A DNA stretch of 52,131 nt, filler included, from Porpidia crustulata (Eukaryota), in the NCBI GenBank assembly GCA_964255105.1. It is 2 parts of 2 records of this genome, joined end to end, with 100 filler letters (N's around TTAATTAATTAA, not from the genome) between each part and the next. Parts side by side here need not be neighbours in the genome. Positions count along the whole stretch, not along the records: positions 26,150 to 52,131 come from CAXUWE010000042.1; 1 more part is not named here. One strand, written 5' to 3'. Below the pieces are notes generated by a model. It was not told where the DNA came from and did not search any database. It was given only the letters and a program-made list of their open reading frames with translations. Both the position numbers and the translations under genes were made by a program. Below are positions 38,285 through 51,351 of the stretch, piece after piece (positions within the stretch are counted from its first letter, which is position 1; the number at the start of each line of letters is the position of its first letter).

Positions 38285-40896
38285 ATGGCTGCTCTGGGCG
38301 AGGACCTACTTGGTACTGTCAACAAACTACAGGACCTGGTGTTTAATACTATTGGCAATGATTCCCTGGATCTCCCCCAAATTGTGACTGAAATCTCGTC
38401 TCTTGCATCTGTGCAAATAATTCGACATACCGCAGCTGACTGGTCTTAGGTAGTAGTAGGCTCTCAGTCTTCAGGAAAGTCGTCGGTTCTAGAGAACATC
38501 GTTGGCCGGGATTTTCTTCCTCGGGGTAGCGGCATTGTGACGAGACGACCTTTGATCCTACAACTCATCAACGTACCTTCAGAGCGAGATGACGCCCCAG
38601 AGAGCGACGAGGTACATGTGCCGCATACTCCGGCTAGCGTAGCTGGCCAAGGGGAGTGGGCCGAGTTCAATCACTTGAGTGGACGGCAATTCCGAGACTT
38701 TGCAGAAGTCAAGAGAGAGATTGAGAATGAGACGGCTCGAATAGCAGGGAGCAACAAGGGGATCAACAGACAGCCTATTAATCTCAAGATCTACTCTCCG
38801 CATGTTCTCAGCTTGACATTAGTCGACCTACCGGGTCTTACGAAAGTGCCTATTGGAGATCAGCCTGGAGATATCGAGAGGCAGACAAGGAATCTCATTT
38901 CCGAGTACATTGCGAAGCCCAATAGTATCATCTTGGCGGTGTCGCCGGCGAATGTTGACATCGTCAATTCGGAAGCGCTGAAGTTGGCCCGACATGTGGA
39001 TCCAATGGGCCGAAGGACTATTGGAGTACTCACAAAAATAGACCTCATGGATCACGGCACAAATGCTCTAGATATTCTCTCTGGCCGTGTGTATCCTTTG
39101 AAGCTTGGCTTCATTGGTGTAGTCAATCGGTCTCAGCAAGACATTCAAGGCAACAAAGCCCTAGCGGACGCTCTCAAATCCGAAGCGGACTTTTTCAAAC
39201 ACCACCCCGCTTACAGGAATATGGCTTTAAGGTGTGGGACCCAGTTTCTGGCAAAGACACTCAACACCACGCTCATGGCCCATATCCGCGACCGGTTACC
39301 AGATATCAAAGCGCGGTTGAACACCCTCATGGGCCAAACCCAGCAGGAGCTCGCCAGCTATGGCAATATGCAATTCAGCGGAAAGGAACACCGAGGATCC
39401 CTTATATTACAATTAATGACACGTTTTGCTTCATCTTTCATCGCATCAATAGACGGGACTTCAATGGAAATATCAACGAAAGAGCTATGCGGTGGAGCGA
39501 GGATATACTATATTTTCAATTCTGTCTTTGGCAACTCCCTAGAAACTATCGACCCTACACAAAATCTATCGGTGCTAGACATCCGGACGGCAATACGCAA
39601 CTCCACCGGTCCTCGGCCAAGTCTCTTTGTCCCGGAATTAGCCTTTGACCTGCTTGTCAAGCCGCAGATCAAGATGCTTGAAGTCCCAAGTCAGCGCTGT
39701 GTCGAGTTGGTTTACGAAGAGCTCATCAAGATCTGCCATACCTGCGGCTCCACTGAGCTCTCTCGATTTCCCCGACTTCAAGCTAAACTAATCGAGGTCG
39801 TCTCCGACCTCCTCCGAGAACGTCTGGGTCCTGCCTCAAGCTACGTAGAATCCCTCATTTCCATCCAGCGCGCATACATAAACACCAATCACCCAAATTT
39901 TCTTGGCGCCGCCGCGGCGATGTCCTCTGTCATTCAAAGTAAGCAAGAAAAAGAGAAAAAAATGGCCTTGGCCGAGGAACGAAAGAAGCGAGAGCGACGG
40001 CGGTTAAAGGAGCTTGGCGATGGTCTTAATGGCACTGAAACTCCCGAAGACGATGAAGAGGCCCAAGAAAATTCCAAAACTACCACTGGTCTCCCAATTC
40101 ACAATCGTGTCTCGAAAACCTCGAGAGGTATGCCACCCACCGTTGGCCGTCATCATGAAAACGGGCATGCTATGCTGAACGGGCAGCGCTCCAGCTCACC
40201 GACTGACTCCCACTTCGGAGGCAACCAAGCCTCCGCGAATACTAAGGACTCCTTTCTTAACTATTTCTTTGGTAAAGACGGCAGTATTCCTACGTCTGGA
40301 GGCTTTAACTCAAATGCGATCGGTGGTACAGCCGCTGCAGCCGCTATCGGAAATCGACACGTCAGTCATAATGCTGAGCCTAGCTTTAGCCAGAGCATTA
40401 GACGAGGGGAGAACAGGATGATGGAGCGAGAGCGACCTTCGCCAATGCAAACGCAATATAGTCAAGATGATTACTCAAATAGAGACTACGACTACGATTC
40501 CCAAATGGTAAAATCCCATCACTTCCACCCCGCAAAGAATCCCTTGTAAACTGAATCTAATCACCCCTTTAGCCGCCCCCCTCGGACTTCGACACACCTC
40601 CCGACCTCACCGACCGCGAAGCCCTCGAAACGGAGCTCATCCGCCGCCTCATCTCCTCCTACTTCAACATCGTGCGTGAGACCATCGCCGACCAAGTCCC
40701 CAAAGCCGTCATGCATCTGCTCGTCAACCATAGCAAAGACGTCGTGCAAAACCGGCTGGTATCGGAGCTGTACCGGGAGGATCTCTTTGGCGACTTGCTG
40801 TACGAGGATGATGGGATCAAGGCCGAGAGGGAGAAGTGCGAGAGGCTACTGGGTACGTACAGGGAGGCTGCGAGGATTGTGGGGGAGGTTTTGTAG
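38285..40896 (+). CDS. DNM1: Dynamin-related mitochondrial fission GTPase; introns 38384-38449 and 40508-40572
   Basis: VNKLQDLVF, VVGSQSSGKSSVLE, TRRPL, DLPG, TKID; insert B SFLNYFFG; C-terminal GED domain. Confidence 0.96.
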
Positions 40897-41509
40897 AAAG
40901 CGAAACATGGGGCTTGTATTTGTAAGGCGATACCAGCTTAGTTGCAAGCTCGCGGCCGGGTCGACTGGGAGGCAGGCCGTCGAGGGAGCCTGTACTGTAT
41001 GTAGTAAAGATCCAACTTATCCCTTCTTACTTGACAAAGTTACGGCGCTCCTTCCTGGCTATCGCTCTCGAGGATCAGAAACGCTAGGGCTATTTGCCAT
41101 CGTCCCAACGCCAATATCCTTTCCACGATGCATCTTCAAAGCATTTTAAAACTGCTGGAGACTCGCTGTTGGCCGTTCCCTTTCCGCTGGATCGCGCTGG
41201 CGAATGGGGGTACGTAAACAGAGCTCGAGGAGTTTCTCATAGATCATGTTCGTGGCTCTGCCATTTCTTCTGCGCATGCCGTTTGTTGGTTTATTGAATT
41301 AGGACTTGGATCTCCTAATCTAGATCTCTGGGGGCCTTGGTCCAAAGATCGACATGAAGGACCTCAGTGGAGGATGTTCACCACTGGGTCAATGAATATA
41401 TATAGTTCATGGCGTAAAGTGTTCTCGAGTGTGCCAAACACCAATTACAAGAGCGACGCAGCTCAGATCTTCTATCATCTATTCGACCAATTTTCCAAGC
41501 TTGGTCATC

Positions 41510-43018
41510 CTACGTCTTCCTTTCCCGGTTCTCCGTAGCCCTCCTTCCAATCCTCTGACCCTCCCATGTCCAAATCCCTGCGCTCCCAAAAACCACGGCT
41601 GCCCCGGCTATCACGCCCGAAGGCAAGTGGTTACCAAACAGCCAAATGCTCGCAAACAAACTGACGAGTTTCCGCACACTCAAGACGATGGTGACGCCGA
41701 GAGCGGACGTTCTTGCGCCCAGCAAATTGACACCCCTGATACAGGCGTATTGCGTTAGAGCATTGAGGGTCAGGATGACAATATGTTTTGGTATCTGTGG
41801 AGCATAAAACGGGAGTGAGGGTGTGAGGAGAATAGGGGGCAATTGGGATTGGGTGGACGTTTTGTTTGAGAACGGTGAGAGTATAGGTTGGGTAAAGGAG
41901 GGTGAGAGTTGGACGGGTGGTGACGCGAGTAGATTTCTGAGCTGCTTGAGTAGAGAAGGGAGGAAAGGGAGGAAGAGCGGCAAGGAGAGGAAATGGCTAT
42001 AGAAGAGGTTTTCGTGCCAATGCGTGCCATAGGCCGCGTAGGTGAGCTGGGTGTAGAGACCCATTATCGCGGAGAGAATCTGGGCGAGGAGGAGGATCAG
42101 GAAGCCGGTCAGGAAGGATGGGGTTGACGTCGTTGGCGTAGCTGAGATGTTCTTCCCCTGTACGCTGAAGGTTAGAAGCGATTCTACCGATTTTGAAGCG
42201 GTAGATTGTTCAAGAATACCTTTGATCGAGCATCTGCCATTGCGGCCATGACGATTCCAAGCGTAAGCATGCTCACGCTGAGAACCTGCATCTTCGTGTA
42301 CCTCCTCCCCCAGATGAAACCCACGATCATGGTAGTCACACTCCCCCCACTGCGTAAAATGATGTGCACGGGCACCGAAATATCGTAGCTAAATGCAAAA
42401 TTGTTGAGGAGATTGACGCTGAAGAAGATGACGATGTTCGGAAGCCAACGAGCAAGGGGTATGGCGCGTGGTTTGAGGAAGAAGGGTGGGTNNNNNNNNN
42501 NGGACGGCGAAGTAAAGAGAGCAGTGAGGAGAAATTGGACAAAGGTGATGAGAAGGCCTGGGGTCCTTTAGTTATGCTGCTCTCGTGGGGGTTAATCAAA
42601 CTTACCGCTTCGCGGTTCTTCCCTACCACCGGCTGTCAGCACAATCGAGGAAGTAGAGGGCGTGTTTCCCAGGCTCACTTTACAATTGCCTCCAAGGCAA
42701 AGACCTAGACCACAGCCAATCAGTGCCCTCATCGCCAAATCAAGTAATCTCAAAACTAACGTTGGAGCAACAGCCTCCGAATATCAAACCCATTGTTGTT
42801 CCCCAACTCAATAAGGCTGGCACTATAGCCTGTATCATAACCCCTACGGTAGCAATTGCCCTGGCCCAGCTGTAGCTCCCATCAGTATCGTAGTCAGGCC
42901 TAGCTTTTTCCAATTGCGGAGCTGCGTTGATTTGTTTACACCCAGGAGGAAGCTGGCTCTTAGGAGATGCACTCGTCGCTTGTCGGCGACGAGGGCCACC
43001 CATTGTGATGGAGGGCAT
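41510..43018 (-). CDS. YEA4: UDP-N-acetylglucosamine transporter (YEA4/SLC35B4, UAA family); multi-exon, 10-N gap at 42492-42501
   Basis: LIFGGCCSN/VFALE, ISVPVHIILRSGGS, WHENLFYSHFLSLP, TQYACIRGVNLL, IVLSVRKLVSL. Start codon uncertain. Confidence 0.88.
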
Positions 43019-43596
43019 GATGAATCGCCTACTCTATCGTGGAATGTGTAGGACCGAGGGTATAACAACTTGCCATGTCGTCTCAGTTACTGCGTAGGTA
43101 CGGAATGATACACGCAGATGTTATTAGGGCTGACAGGGATAAGGCTGACAATCCCCCTTTCTTTCCCATAACATGACTGCGCTCCATCAATGTTCGAAAC
43201 TGACGGCAACGTATCTCAAGACCTGAAGCAGTGGCATCCAGAGCATAGTAGGGTAGACTAATCATGTAACCCATCTACGATTTGGCTAAGTCTAACCACA
43301 CTATCGCGCCTGACTATGCCCATTTACCCGTCCTGCCCCCCACGGCTTGTCGTTCTTTGAGCGCGTAAGACGCATTCATATGAGTCTTTAAAGCCCCGTC
43401 TCTTCATGACTGTTCTTCTGCTGCATTCATCCATGTCATGATAGGGCCTCGGTCCTTAGTCCTGAGACTGTTCGTGCCTATCATGTCCATGTTCAGCGGA
43501 TCCTCCAGCAAGGATGTCGGCGTTACATGTAGGATTGAATGAAACATCACCGCATCCTTATAACCCAAGAGCGAAAAGAATTGAAAGCAGTGTTGC

Positions 43597-45528
43597 TTAC
43601 AATGCCGAAAACACAAAGAGCTGTAGTCCATTGGATCAGCATCTCACTAATCAAATATAGGCGGGGGGATTTCAGCCGTACATTATTTGTAGCCGCAATC
43701 GCTATGCTATCCTCGAACGGATGCCAGCTCATATGCAATATCTTCTTGTTGAAATCTATCTGGTCCGCGTCGGTCTCTTTCCTCATTCTCCCGCCTTGAG
43801 CGCCGGCACCTGAAGCTGGACTTCCTGCTCGCGAATTACCCTTTTTATTGGCCGGCCCATTGGTAGGACTTGTACCACTATTTATTGGAGTTGGGACGCC
43901 AACCTTCTTGGCCTTGAATGCTGATTTATCAGCTTGTAACACGACTTCCATCTCCTTCTCTGGGTCTGAAGGATAGATCATAAAGTTGTTGTTGTAGCTA
44001 CCAGTCATGACGTTCTTGGCGTCACCTGAGAAAACAACTTCGAATTTATCGAAGATGCTGTCATTCTCGTACGTATCACAGAGCCGTGGTCGTAGATGCT
44101 CATGGATAGGAATTGTTTTTACGGGGGTACGTTCCATGTTAACGTCCCATATCTTTACTGTGAGGTAATCCCGAGAAAGGATGTACCGGCCATCGTGTGA
44201 AAACCTTACGTCAGAGATGGAGGAGATTATCTCGGAGAAGAAAGAGCGAGACGATGGGTCTTCTTCTTGCTCAAATTCTAAATCATAGTAGGATAAGTCT
44301 TTTGTGCATCGTGAGCAACGGGAAACTTACGTTTAGCGTGGTGGTCGCAAAGAGCACTCTCCCTCATATCTGCAAGTTTGATCGTACCTTTCGAACTCGC
44401 GTACATAAACCAATTACAGCTTTGGGGGTGGAACTCCGCAGCGGTTATTACCTCAGTCAGTTCCTCCATGTTTGCAGGTTTGATATCAACGATATTAAAG
44501 CTCTGATCTTGTATATTAAGATTCCATAAGTTTATACGCAAATCATCACTGCTTATGAAGGTTTCTCCATCACTATTGACAGATATGCTATTTATGTGAT
44601 AGGCGTGGGCGTTTGCGTAGGTACGGCGAGGCACAGCTGCGACAACGGTGTCATGGTGTGTCAGACGAGGAAGCTTTAAAGCTGCGGCATTTCGGAACAT
44701 CTGATTGGTATTGGGTCGAGGAGGGCCACCGCCGGGTACTGCGCCACCTGGCGTAAGATCGTGAGAGAGATTATTCTCCGCAACAACTTTTAGCGACTTT
44801 TCGAAGACCTTCCATAGCTTGATTGTCTTGTCGTTTGTAGAAAGTAAGTAGTGAGATGCGTTCTGTCTTCGACACCATTTGATTTTGTTGATCTTCTCTT
44901 CTATCTCTAGTGATTTGAGGTAATCGAATTCAGGTTCATGGGATTGGAATTCTGTATGAAACTTATATTCACATGTTTTTTTCTACTGAGAGTTAGATTT
45001 GTGTAGGACCCAGAAGGAAATGACATATTATGATGTTAGCTTCTCCTCAAGACGCTTCACTCACCGTCTCGTTCCTCTCGAAGAGTACCACACGTCCTCC
45101 CTTATCGCCTGTTGCCAAGTAGTTGCCTGTATGGTCAAACTCTACTGTGGATATGATATCCGCTGCGATCACAAATGTCTATCAGCACAAACACACTGTT
45201 ACAAGAATTGTATGTATCTTGATGTCCACTGACCTTCTGTGATATCCTCAACATCCCCTTTATCGCCAAAACACCTAGAGTCAAATCTTAGCCAATGTCC
45301 CAATTAACTTTCCCACGCCTTTTCTTCCGAAAGTTCATCCATACTAGTAAGTTGGGCGATCGTGCTGGTAGAAAGAGAACTATGATATGACCCTTGGCCT
45401 TACACGTGCAAGAAATTGGGATGAACAATGGCTTTGGTAACCGAGCTTCACAGATTGAACCTGGTTGCATAAGCGCAGACTCACTGTGTAAACTTCCACG
45501 TAGGAGAGCCAGGCTCTTCGGCCACCAT
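43597..45528 (-). CDS. CDC55: Protein phosphatase 2A regulatory B55 subunit; multi-exon, first intron 45275-45484
   Basis: [87 protein letters not shown]. Confidence 0.96.
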
Positions 45529-46342
45529 CTTCTCAGTGCCTCTGCAGCAAGTGCAGAGTCCTCGAGAGAATGTTGAAGCTGCCTAGCTCTTTGTGCTGAT
45601 CTTTTTGGGCCTTCAATCCAAATCCTCTCGGCGTCCAACGTGTTCCCTACTAATCCAGCTCCTAGTGGTATATTATAGAGAGCTTAGACGATATGGAAGG
45701 CGTGCAACTCTTCAGAGAACTTGGCGCGTCACTGGTTGTTGATTTAAACCTCGCTCTCCTACGTATAGCTTTCTGCACAGAGACCGGGCTCTATTATACA
45801 GTCTGGCATTCCACCAAACAATATTTGTATGAGCAGTCGAATAGCACAGTATCCGGCAGGAGATCGTTGAGTCTAGATCAAGGCGGCGTTGTAAAACGAA
45901 TGGATGAGTTGCTAAGGCCAAGACCAGATGTGTGGCTTAGCGGGCTTGGATTCGAAGAGCCGCCAAAACTGCGTCACCCGCGCTGGAACACCATATAAAT
46001 TCCCGCCACCAAAATCAGTCCCACCGTTCATCCATCACCATCCGCTACTTGACTAGAAAATTTTTCACTTTTGTCAACGAATCAAGAATTGTTGATTCAC
46101 CGAAAAAGTAGAGTCAGTTGAGCCACATGTGATGCGAGAAGTAGCTGGACTGAGTGTTACAAATACAAGACTGGTTCGTTTCAGTCATTGTTCTGTGTAT
46201 CGCGCCTTATACCAATCGCTGTTGATCCATTAGTTTCAACTTCAGATACTTTATATATTGACTATTTCCAGTCCATCCAAGCAGACTTAAGTAGCCACTA
46301 GCATTGCTATTGTTGGGAGTCGGTTTTTTCAAGTTAGGCATT

Positions 46343-47359
46343 ATGAGCCAGAGACAAGGCAAGGGTGCCTCCAGACCAGATGATCCTCCACCTTTCGTTG
46401 TCACTGAGCCACACCTTCAGTCAGGACCATCTATCACCGCACGTGTCCAAGCATCGGCTTCGGGGTTGGTTAGCCAATCCGTTACAGGGCCTTCTGCACT
46501 TTTCGTGGCCGATAGCTTAGCTTCCTCCGCTGCTGAAGCTGGTAAAGGAGGAACGGGCGCAGGCTCGGCTGGCTGCTCAACCTTTCTGCATGCAGCATCG
46601 TCATCAGCCCGTAATCCTTTGCATCCCATTTATGGAGCGTCGGAGCGGGAAGATTTCCGGTCACAATATCATGTCAAGAAGAACATTGGGTTTACTAATG
46701 ACCTTGGATTTGATGATTTCATGTCAGGAATTTTATCGGCCCAACTAGTTCAGTCGCACGATAGAGTGGCTGAGATCGATTCTGCCACAGACAAGGCCAC
46801 CGTCCAACCTATTTCTCCGGTCCAGAATAGTATCCCTGACTTTCTGGAATCAAAATGCATAGGCCATTTCAAAATTGGCAATGACGGTGCGGCTGTTGTC
46901 ACATTACTAGCGGATCCAGAATTTTCTGCAGATGATACTCCAACCGATACTTCAATTATTACCACAGAAGACACCGCGAATGCACAGGCTATTAAGATAG
47001 ATACCTATGCACAAGCGTTCCCACCTCGAAACCAGGTGGCTGTCATTAACCCGTTGAACCTACTCCCAGACTTCAGGCGGCCCCGAGGTGGTGCCCTTAC
47101 GGCTCGATCAGCTAATTCTATGGTTGCAACGCCAGCCCACGTAGAAGGTTTCATAAACGAGAAAAACCAGCTATATTTTCGCGACCGTAATCTTCAACCT
47201 TGGCTCGACATAGTGAACAGATATCAGGATGATGTTTGGGGAGATATGCTACCCTTGGTGCAGGAAGCCCGTGAAGAAGCAAAAGTCGCGAACGGAAATT
47301 TCCGTGAAGACGCACCTGCCACCAGACGACTAAGAATGCTTTTGAAACATCTAGGATAA
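46343..47359 (+). CDS. Conserved fungal hypothetical protein
   Basis: Intronless ORF of about 338 aa with family-like motifs DGAAVVTLL and WLDIVNRYQDDVWGDMLPLV...ATRRLRMLLKHL. Confidence 0.75.
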   Translation: MSQRQGKGASRPDDPPPFVVTEPHLQSGPSITARVQASASGLVSQSVTGPSALFVADSLASSAAEAGKGGTGAGSAGCSTFLHAASSSARNPLHPIYGASEREDFRSQYHVKKNIGFTNDLGFDDFMSGILSAQLVQSHDRVAEIDSATDKATVQPISPVQNSIPDFLESKCIGHFKIGNDGAAVVTLLADPEFSADDTPTDTSIITTEDTANAQAIKIDTYAQAFPPRNQVAVINPLNLLPDFRRPRGGALTARSANSMVATPAHVEGFINEKNQLYFRDRNLQPWLDIVNRYQDDVWGDMLPLVQEAREEAKVANGNFREDAPATRRLRMLLKHLG

Positions 47360-48021
47360 TCATTGGACCGTACAATCGTTTTGTTGAAATATCGCGCGGC
47401 ATGTGCGCTTTAGACCAGTCGAATAAGCTTGACTTACTTAATGAAAACTCCTTGGATCGTTCAGCTAACGCTATTGCGCTGATGAAAGTTGTCATAGTCC
47501 GCTAAAACGCAGAAAGTATTAATGAATACTGATAAGATAGGTTGAGGCATCATTCTTGCTTCTATGGATGGAGCAGGATGGAACGTCAAATGGTTTCCAC
47601 CCTTATCTAAGGGCTTTTGTTTATTATATTAGAAGCGAGCAATTCTCGGGCGCACTGAACCTATTAATCTCGAGCGACGTGTCAGCATTGATGTGCTCCT
47701 ACCGAAAATATATCATAGAATGGAGAATCAAATCTTTAAGACCCCAGGATCATAGTCAAGGGCCGCACTATTTTGATACTACGGGTGGATCTAGTAACGC
47801 TCCCGTATGTTCCAGTCGTATGCCTGCTCTGAATTGGTAGATCTGGTTTCATGATATGTCGTACTAGTAGGTGCCAGTCAGTTTCGTGGCTAGATCTAAG
47901 GTACTCCTCATACCTATTAAGGATATATTCGAAGTCTATGGCATGATGGTTAGAGATGTCACATTTGCCGCTTCGCCTCGATTCCCATACAACCCTTGAC
48001 AGTGTTCTTTGTACAATCGTT

Positions 48022-49117
48022 CTAGACTCGCTCTTCCCACTCTTTCATAGTCTTCAGCGCTCTTTCGTACGTCCACATTGTGATTGCACTGGCGGGCGCT
48101 GACTTCACCAAACCGACACTCAAACCTCTATACAGGCCTTTCCAGCCCTCCTTGTCAATAATCGCTCTGGCCGTTGTCCATACACCTTGCCCATATTGAG
48201 GAACCTTTCCCCCAGCAAACGAAGCTCTTCTTGGCCCCTGCACCTGTAGCCGCTTCCTGATCAGATCAAGGGGGAATACTCCCGTCTTTGCAAAAACACT
48301 TGCAAGAACTCCAGCGGCGGCATCACCCGAACCAAATGGGAGGGAGAGATCCGCCATCGGCAAGCGAAGTGTCTCGTATGCACTGAAGAAAAATCCCATG
48401 TACGGCACAATCTGCACTACTCCAGCTCCAAGTCCTTGAAAGAAACCACTCATACCTTCTTCCTGGGATATGTCGCGTATACTACCGCGCAAACTTAAGT
48501 ATACCTTTTCTACGGCCTGAGCGGCAAATCGTGTGCGCAGTAGATCCAGAGGATACGTCAGTGTTGTCGCGGCTGCGCCGGATAGGGCGCCGGAAGTGAA
48601 AGATTCAAGAGGATGGGGGAGAGCGAGGGGCGTCAACATTTGTGATGTCAGACGATAGGTCGAGAATTGGATGGAGCCATAACCTATGTACAGAAGCTCG
48701 GCCGGGATATTGCCTTTCCAGAATGCCTGATTAGAACGCAGTTAGTCCTAGTCGCTTTGAATGAACTGAAAGCTCATACTGTGATCCCTTCGTTGCGGAG
48801 GATAGACTTGATCGTGCCAAAGGTGCCTCTGTCAGCCTTTTTGGTCGTCCGAGATGTTGGGTCTGAAAGGGAGTGACTCTGGAGCTGTAGTCGGATTTTG
48901 AGCACGTCTAGTGGAGCTATGCAGAACCTTTCTGCCGCTTAGCCTTGCATTGGTTTGAGCGTAGCTGGGCGTTGTATACCTTGATATGAGCCCGGCGACA
49001 GCTCCTGCAATTACTACCTGCTGTCTCGATCCCTGTGTAGTATCTTAACAGTTGAATTGAGGTGAAAATTTTCAGGGTTCATGCCTCGTCTTTCAAATGT
49101 TCCCCGCCTCCAGACAT
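48022..49117 (-). CDS. TPC1: Mitochondrial thiamine-pyrophosphate carrier; introns 49033-49084 (GC-AG), 48928-48979, 48727-48779
   Basis: Three carrier signatures ([29 protein letters not shown]), [11 protein letters not shown], and N-terminal EHLKDEG. Confidence 0.9.
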
Positions 49118-49704
49118 GCACCTTATGCCGTTCCCGGAGCTCCCAGCGATCAAGGTCAAAATCGCATCAATGATGATGTTGGTCGTGATCAACCGCGGCT
49201 ACCAGTCTGCCAGTCAACCGCGGCTACTCGTAGATTTGCCGAGAGTTCGATCACCAGGGGGTGACAAAAGTCAATGGAGTCAGCCTTACCGAGGCCTCAC
49301 CAAACCATTTAATTTTCTAATCCTTTCAGTTCCCACCCACAACCTACCTATTGATTAGATACGGGCGCGCATGTAGTAATTGTCATGCTGCTGCGATCAG
49401 CTAATTGAATTTGGTGGTAAATGTATCAAATTGGATTTATCGTGATGGCTTTATGTGATTAGCAAACGTCGATGTTTTGATGAGGCTGGAGATGCCTCGG
49501 TAGGGCTGACTCCACTGACTTTTGTCTTAGAGTGCTAGTGTAATCTATTAATGGTGTTCACCCCTTAACAAACCTTGGGATGAGCTAGGTGGCTAGCCAC
49601 CACCCTAAATAGTGAATTTGAGTAAGAGTGCTACCTATTTCATTTGTAAGATAAGTGCGGGGAACTGACGCAATTACACACGGTCTGCGGCCCTTCCCAC
49701 ATTT

Positions 49705-51351
49705 ATGCCAGGACGTTTGGACATCTTTCGGCACAGAAGTCAAGCCCTGTCAGACTTCGCTTCAGCTCCCCAGATGAATATTCTAAGAGATTTGTGCCTT
49801 CGCCGGCTCCAAATTTGCAGAAAGAGGCATCGATTCATGCACACCTCAACATTCCCAGGTCGCCCATATCTCAGTAGTGTTCTTGGTGGTCCAACATCGG
49901 CCATAAAATCTGCAAGCATCGAATATAAATCCAGGGGAAGAGTGATAGCTTTCGATCCCCTCTTCTTGAGAGATTCTTGCACGTGTTCACACTGTGTTGA
50001 TTCGTCTACAAAGCAGAAAACCTTCGACACTGCCAGTCAGTTATGTTTCCGACTTGATAAAGCCTAATTTGATAGTTCCATACGATTTGAGGCCTGATTT
50101 AGGATTGCGAACACTCCAAGCATGATCCACGGTCCATACTTCTCCTCTGAAGTGGTGATACTAATTGCAAAGTTATCATAGGCATCCCCTCGACGGTGAA
50201 AGCAAAATATTCCGAAATTCAGCCTGATGAAAGCCTCAGTGTGACATGGGATAATGATGTTCCTGGTTATGAGAACCATACTAGTGTCTATCCTGCAGCT
50301 TTCCTGGTATCAAGCTCCAGTTTGATCTCTCGGGTGAAAGCTTCGCGACAATCATTTCGTAGGACGCCGTGGAACAAAAGCAAAATTGAAGAACAGATTC
50401 ATCCGGTTGTTTTTACCTCGTACATGTCATCAATAACCATATTGCATGAAGTTCTCTCGCGTCTGCAACGTTATGGCATGCTCTTCCTCTCCAACGTACC
50501 AATTGATCCTCGCGCTGTAGAATCAATTGCCAATCGCATCGGGCCATTACGAAACTCTTTGTATGGTTCGACATGGGACGTCCGGTCGGTCCCGTCAGCC
50601 AAAAATGTTGCATACACGTCATCAAATTTGGGCTTTCATATGGTAAGTGTCCTTAGCCCCACTCAATCGGTCCTTTATCCAGCACTGATGTAGCTTTTGG
50701 GAATAGGATCTTCTCTATTGTCAAAATCCACCTAAACTACAGATTTTACACTGCATGGAGGCGAGCGCATCTGGTGGCGAAAGTTTGTTCAGTGATAGCT
50801 TTCAGGCGCTTGACAAGATGAGCCAAGATGGTAGACTAGGGACATCACAAACACTATCGTTTTGTACTTTTCCGATCACATATCAGTACAAAAATGACGG
50901 CCATTGGTATCAGTCTACGAGGAGAACAATTGAATTACTAGATTATCCTGAAAGAGGTCCGCTTGACCGTGATTCGAGGAAATGTTGGGATGGGCACCGA
51001 ATCAAAGCCGTGAACTGGAGCCCACCGTTCCAAGCTCCCTTCCTGCAAGGTGGACTAGCACCGGGAACCGAGAGAAAGGCAAATCGATACAATCTCAGGG
51101 CTTACGTCGAAGCCGCCAAAATCTTCAAAACGCTTATAGAAGATGATGATGCAGTCTTCGAAACCAAAATGAAACCAGGAACGTGTGTGATCTTCGACAA
51201 TCGTCGAATATTACACGCCAGAAGGGCGTTCGGTGGCGGAGATGGTGAAAGATGGCTCAGAGGGGCGTATGTTGACGAGGATGCCTTCAAGAGTCGTCTC
51301 AGGTCCTTGCATGACCAAGTCGGAGGCCATGAGCCAACAAACCTTCTATAA
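49705..51351 (+). CDS. Gamma-butyrobetaine/trimethyllysine dioxygenase-like Fe(II)/2-oxoglutarate dioxygenase (TauD fold); introns 50036-50181 and 50643-50706
   Basis: N-terminal Zn motif LRDSCTCSHC, NVAYTSSNLGFHMD (HxD), SLFSDSF, VNWSPPFQAP, FDNRRILHARRAF, RWLRGAY. Confidence 0.9.

Noticed and set aside
42492..42501. Apparent frame disruption in YEA4
   Set aside because: Caused by a 10-N assembly gap, not evidence of pseudogenisation.
45275..45484. 210-nt first intron of CDC55 as a possible ncRNA host
   Set aside because: No convincing C/D or H/ACA boxes; long first introns are common.
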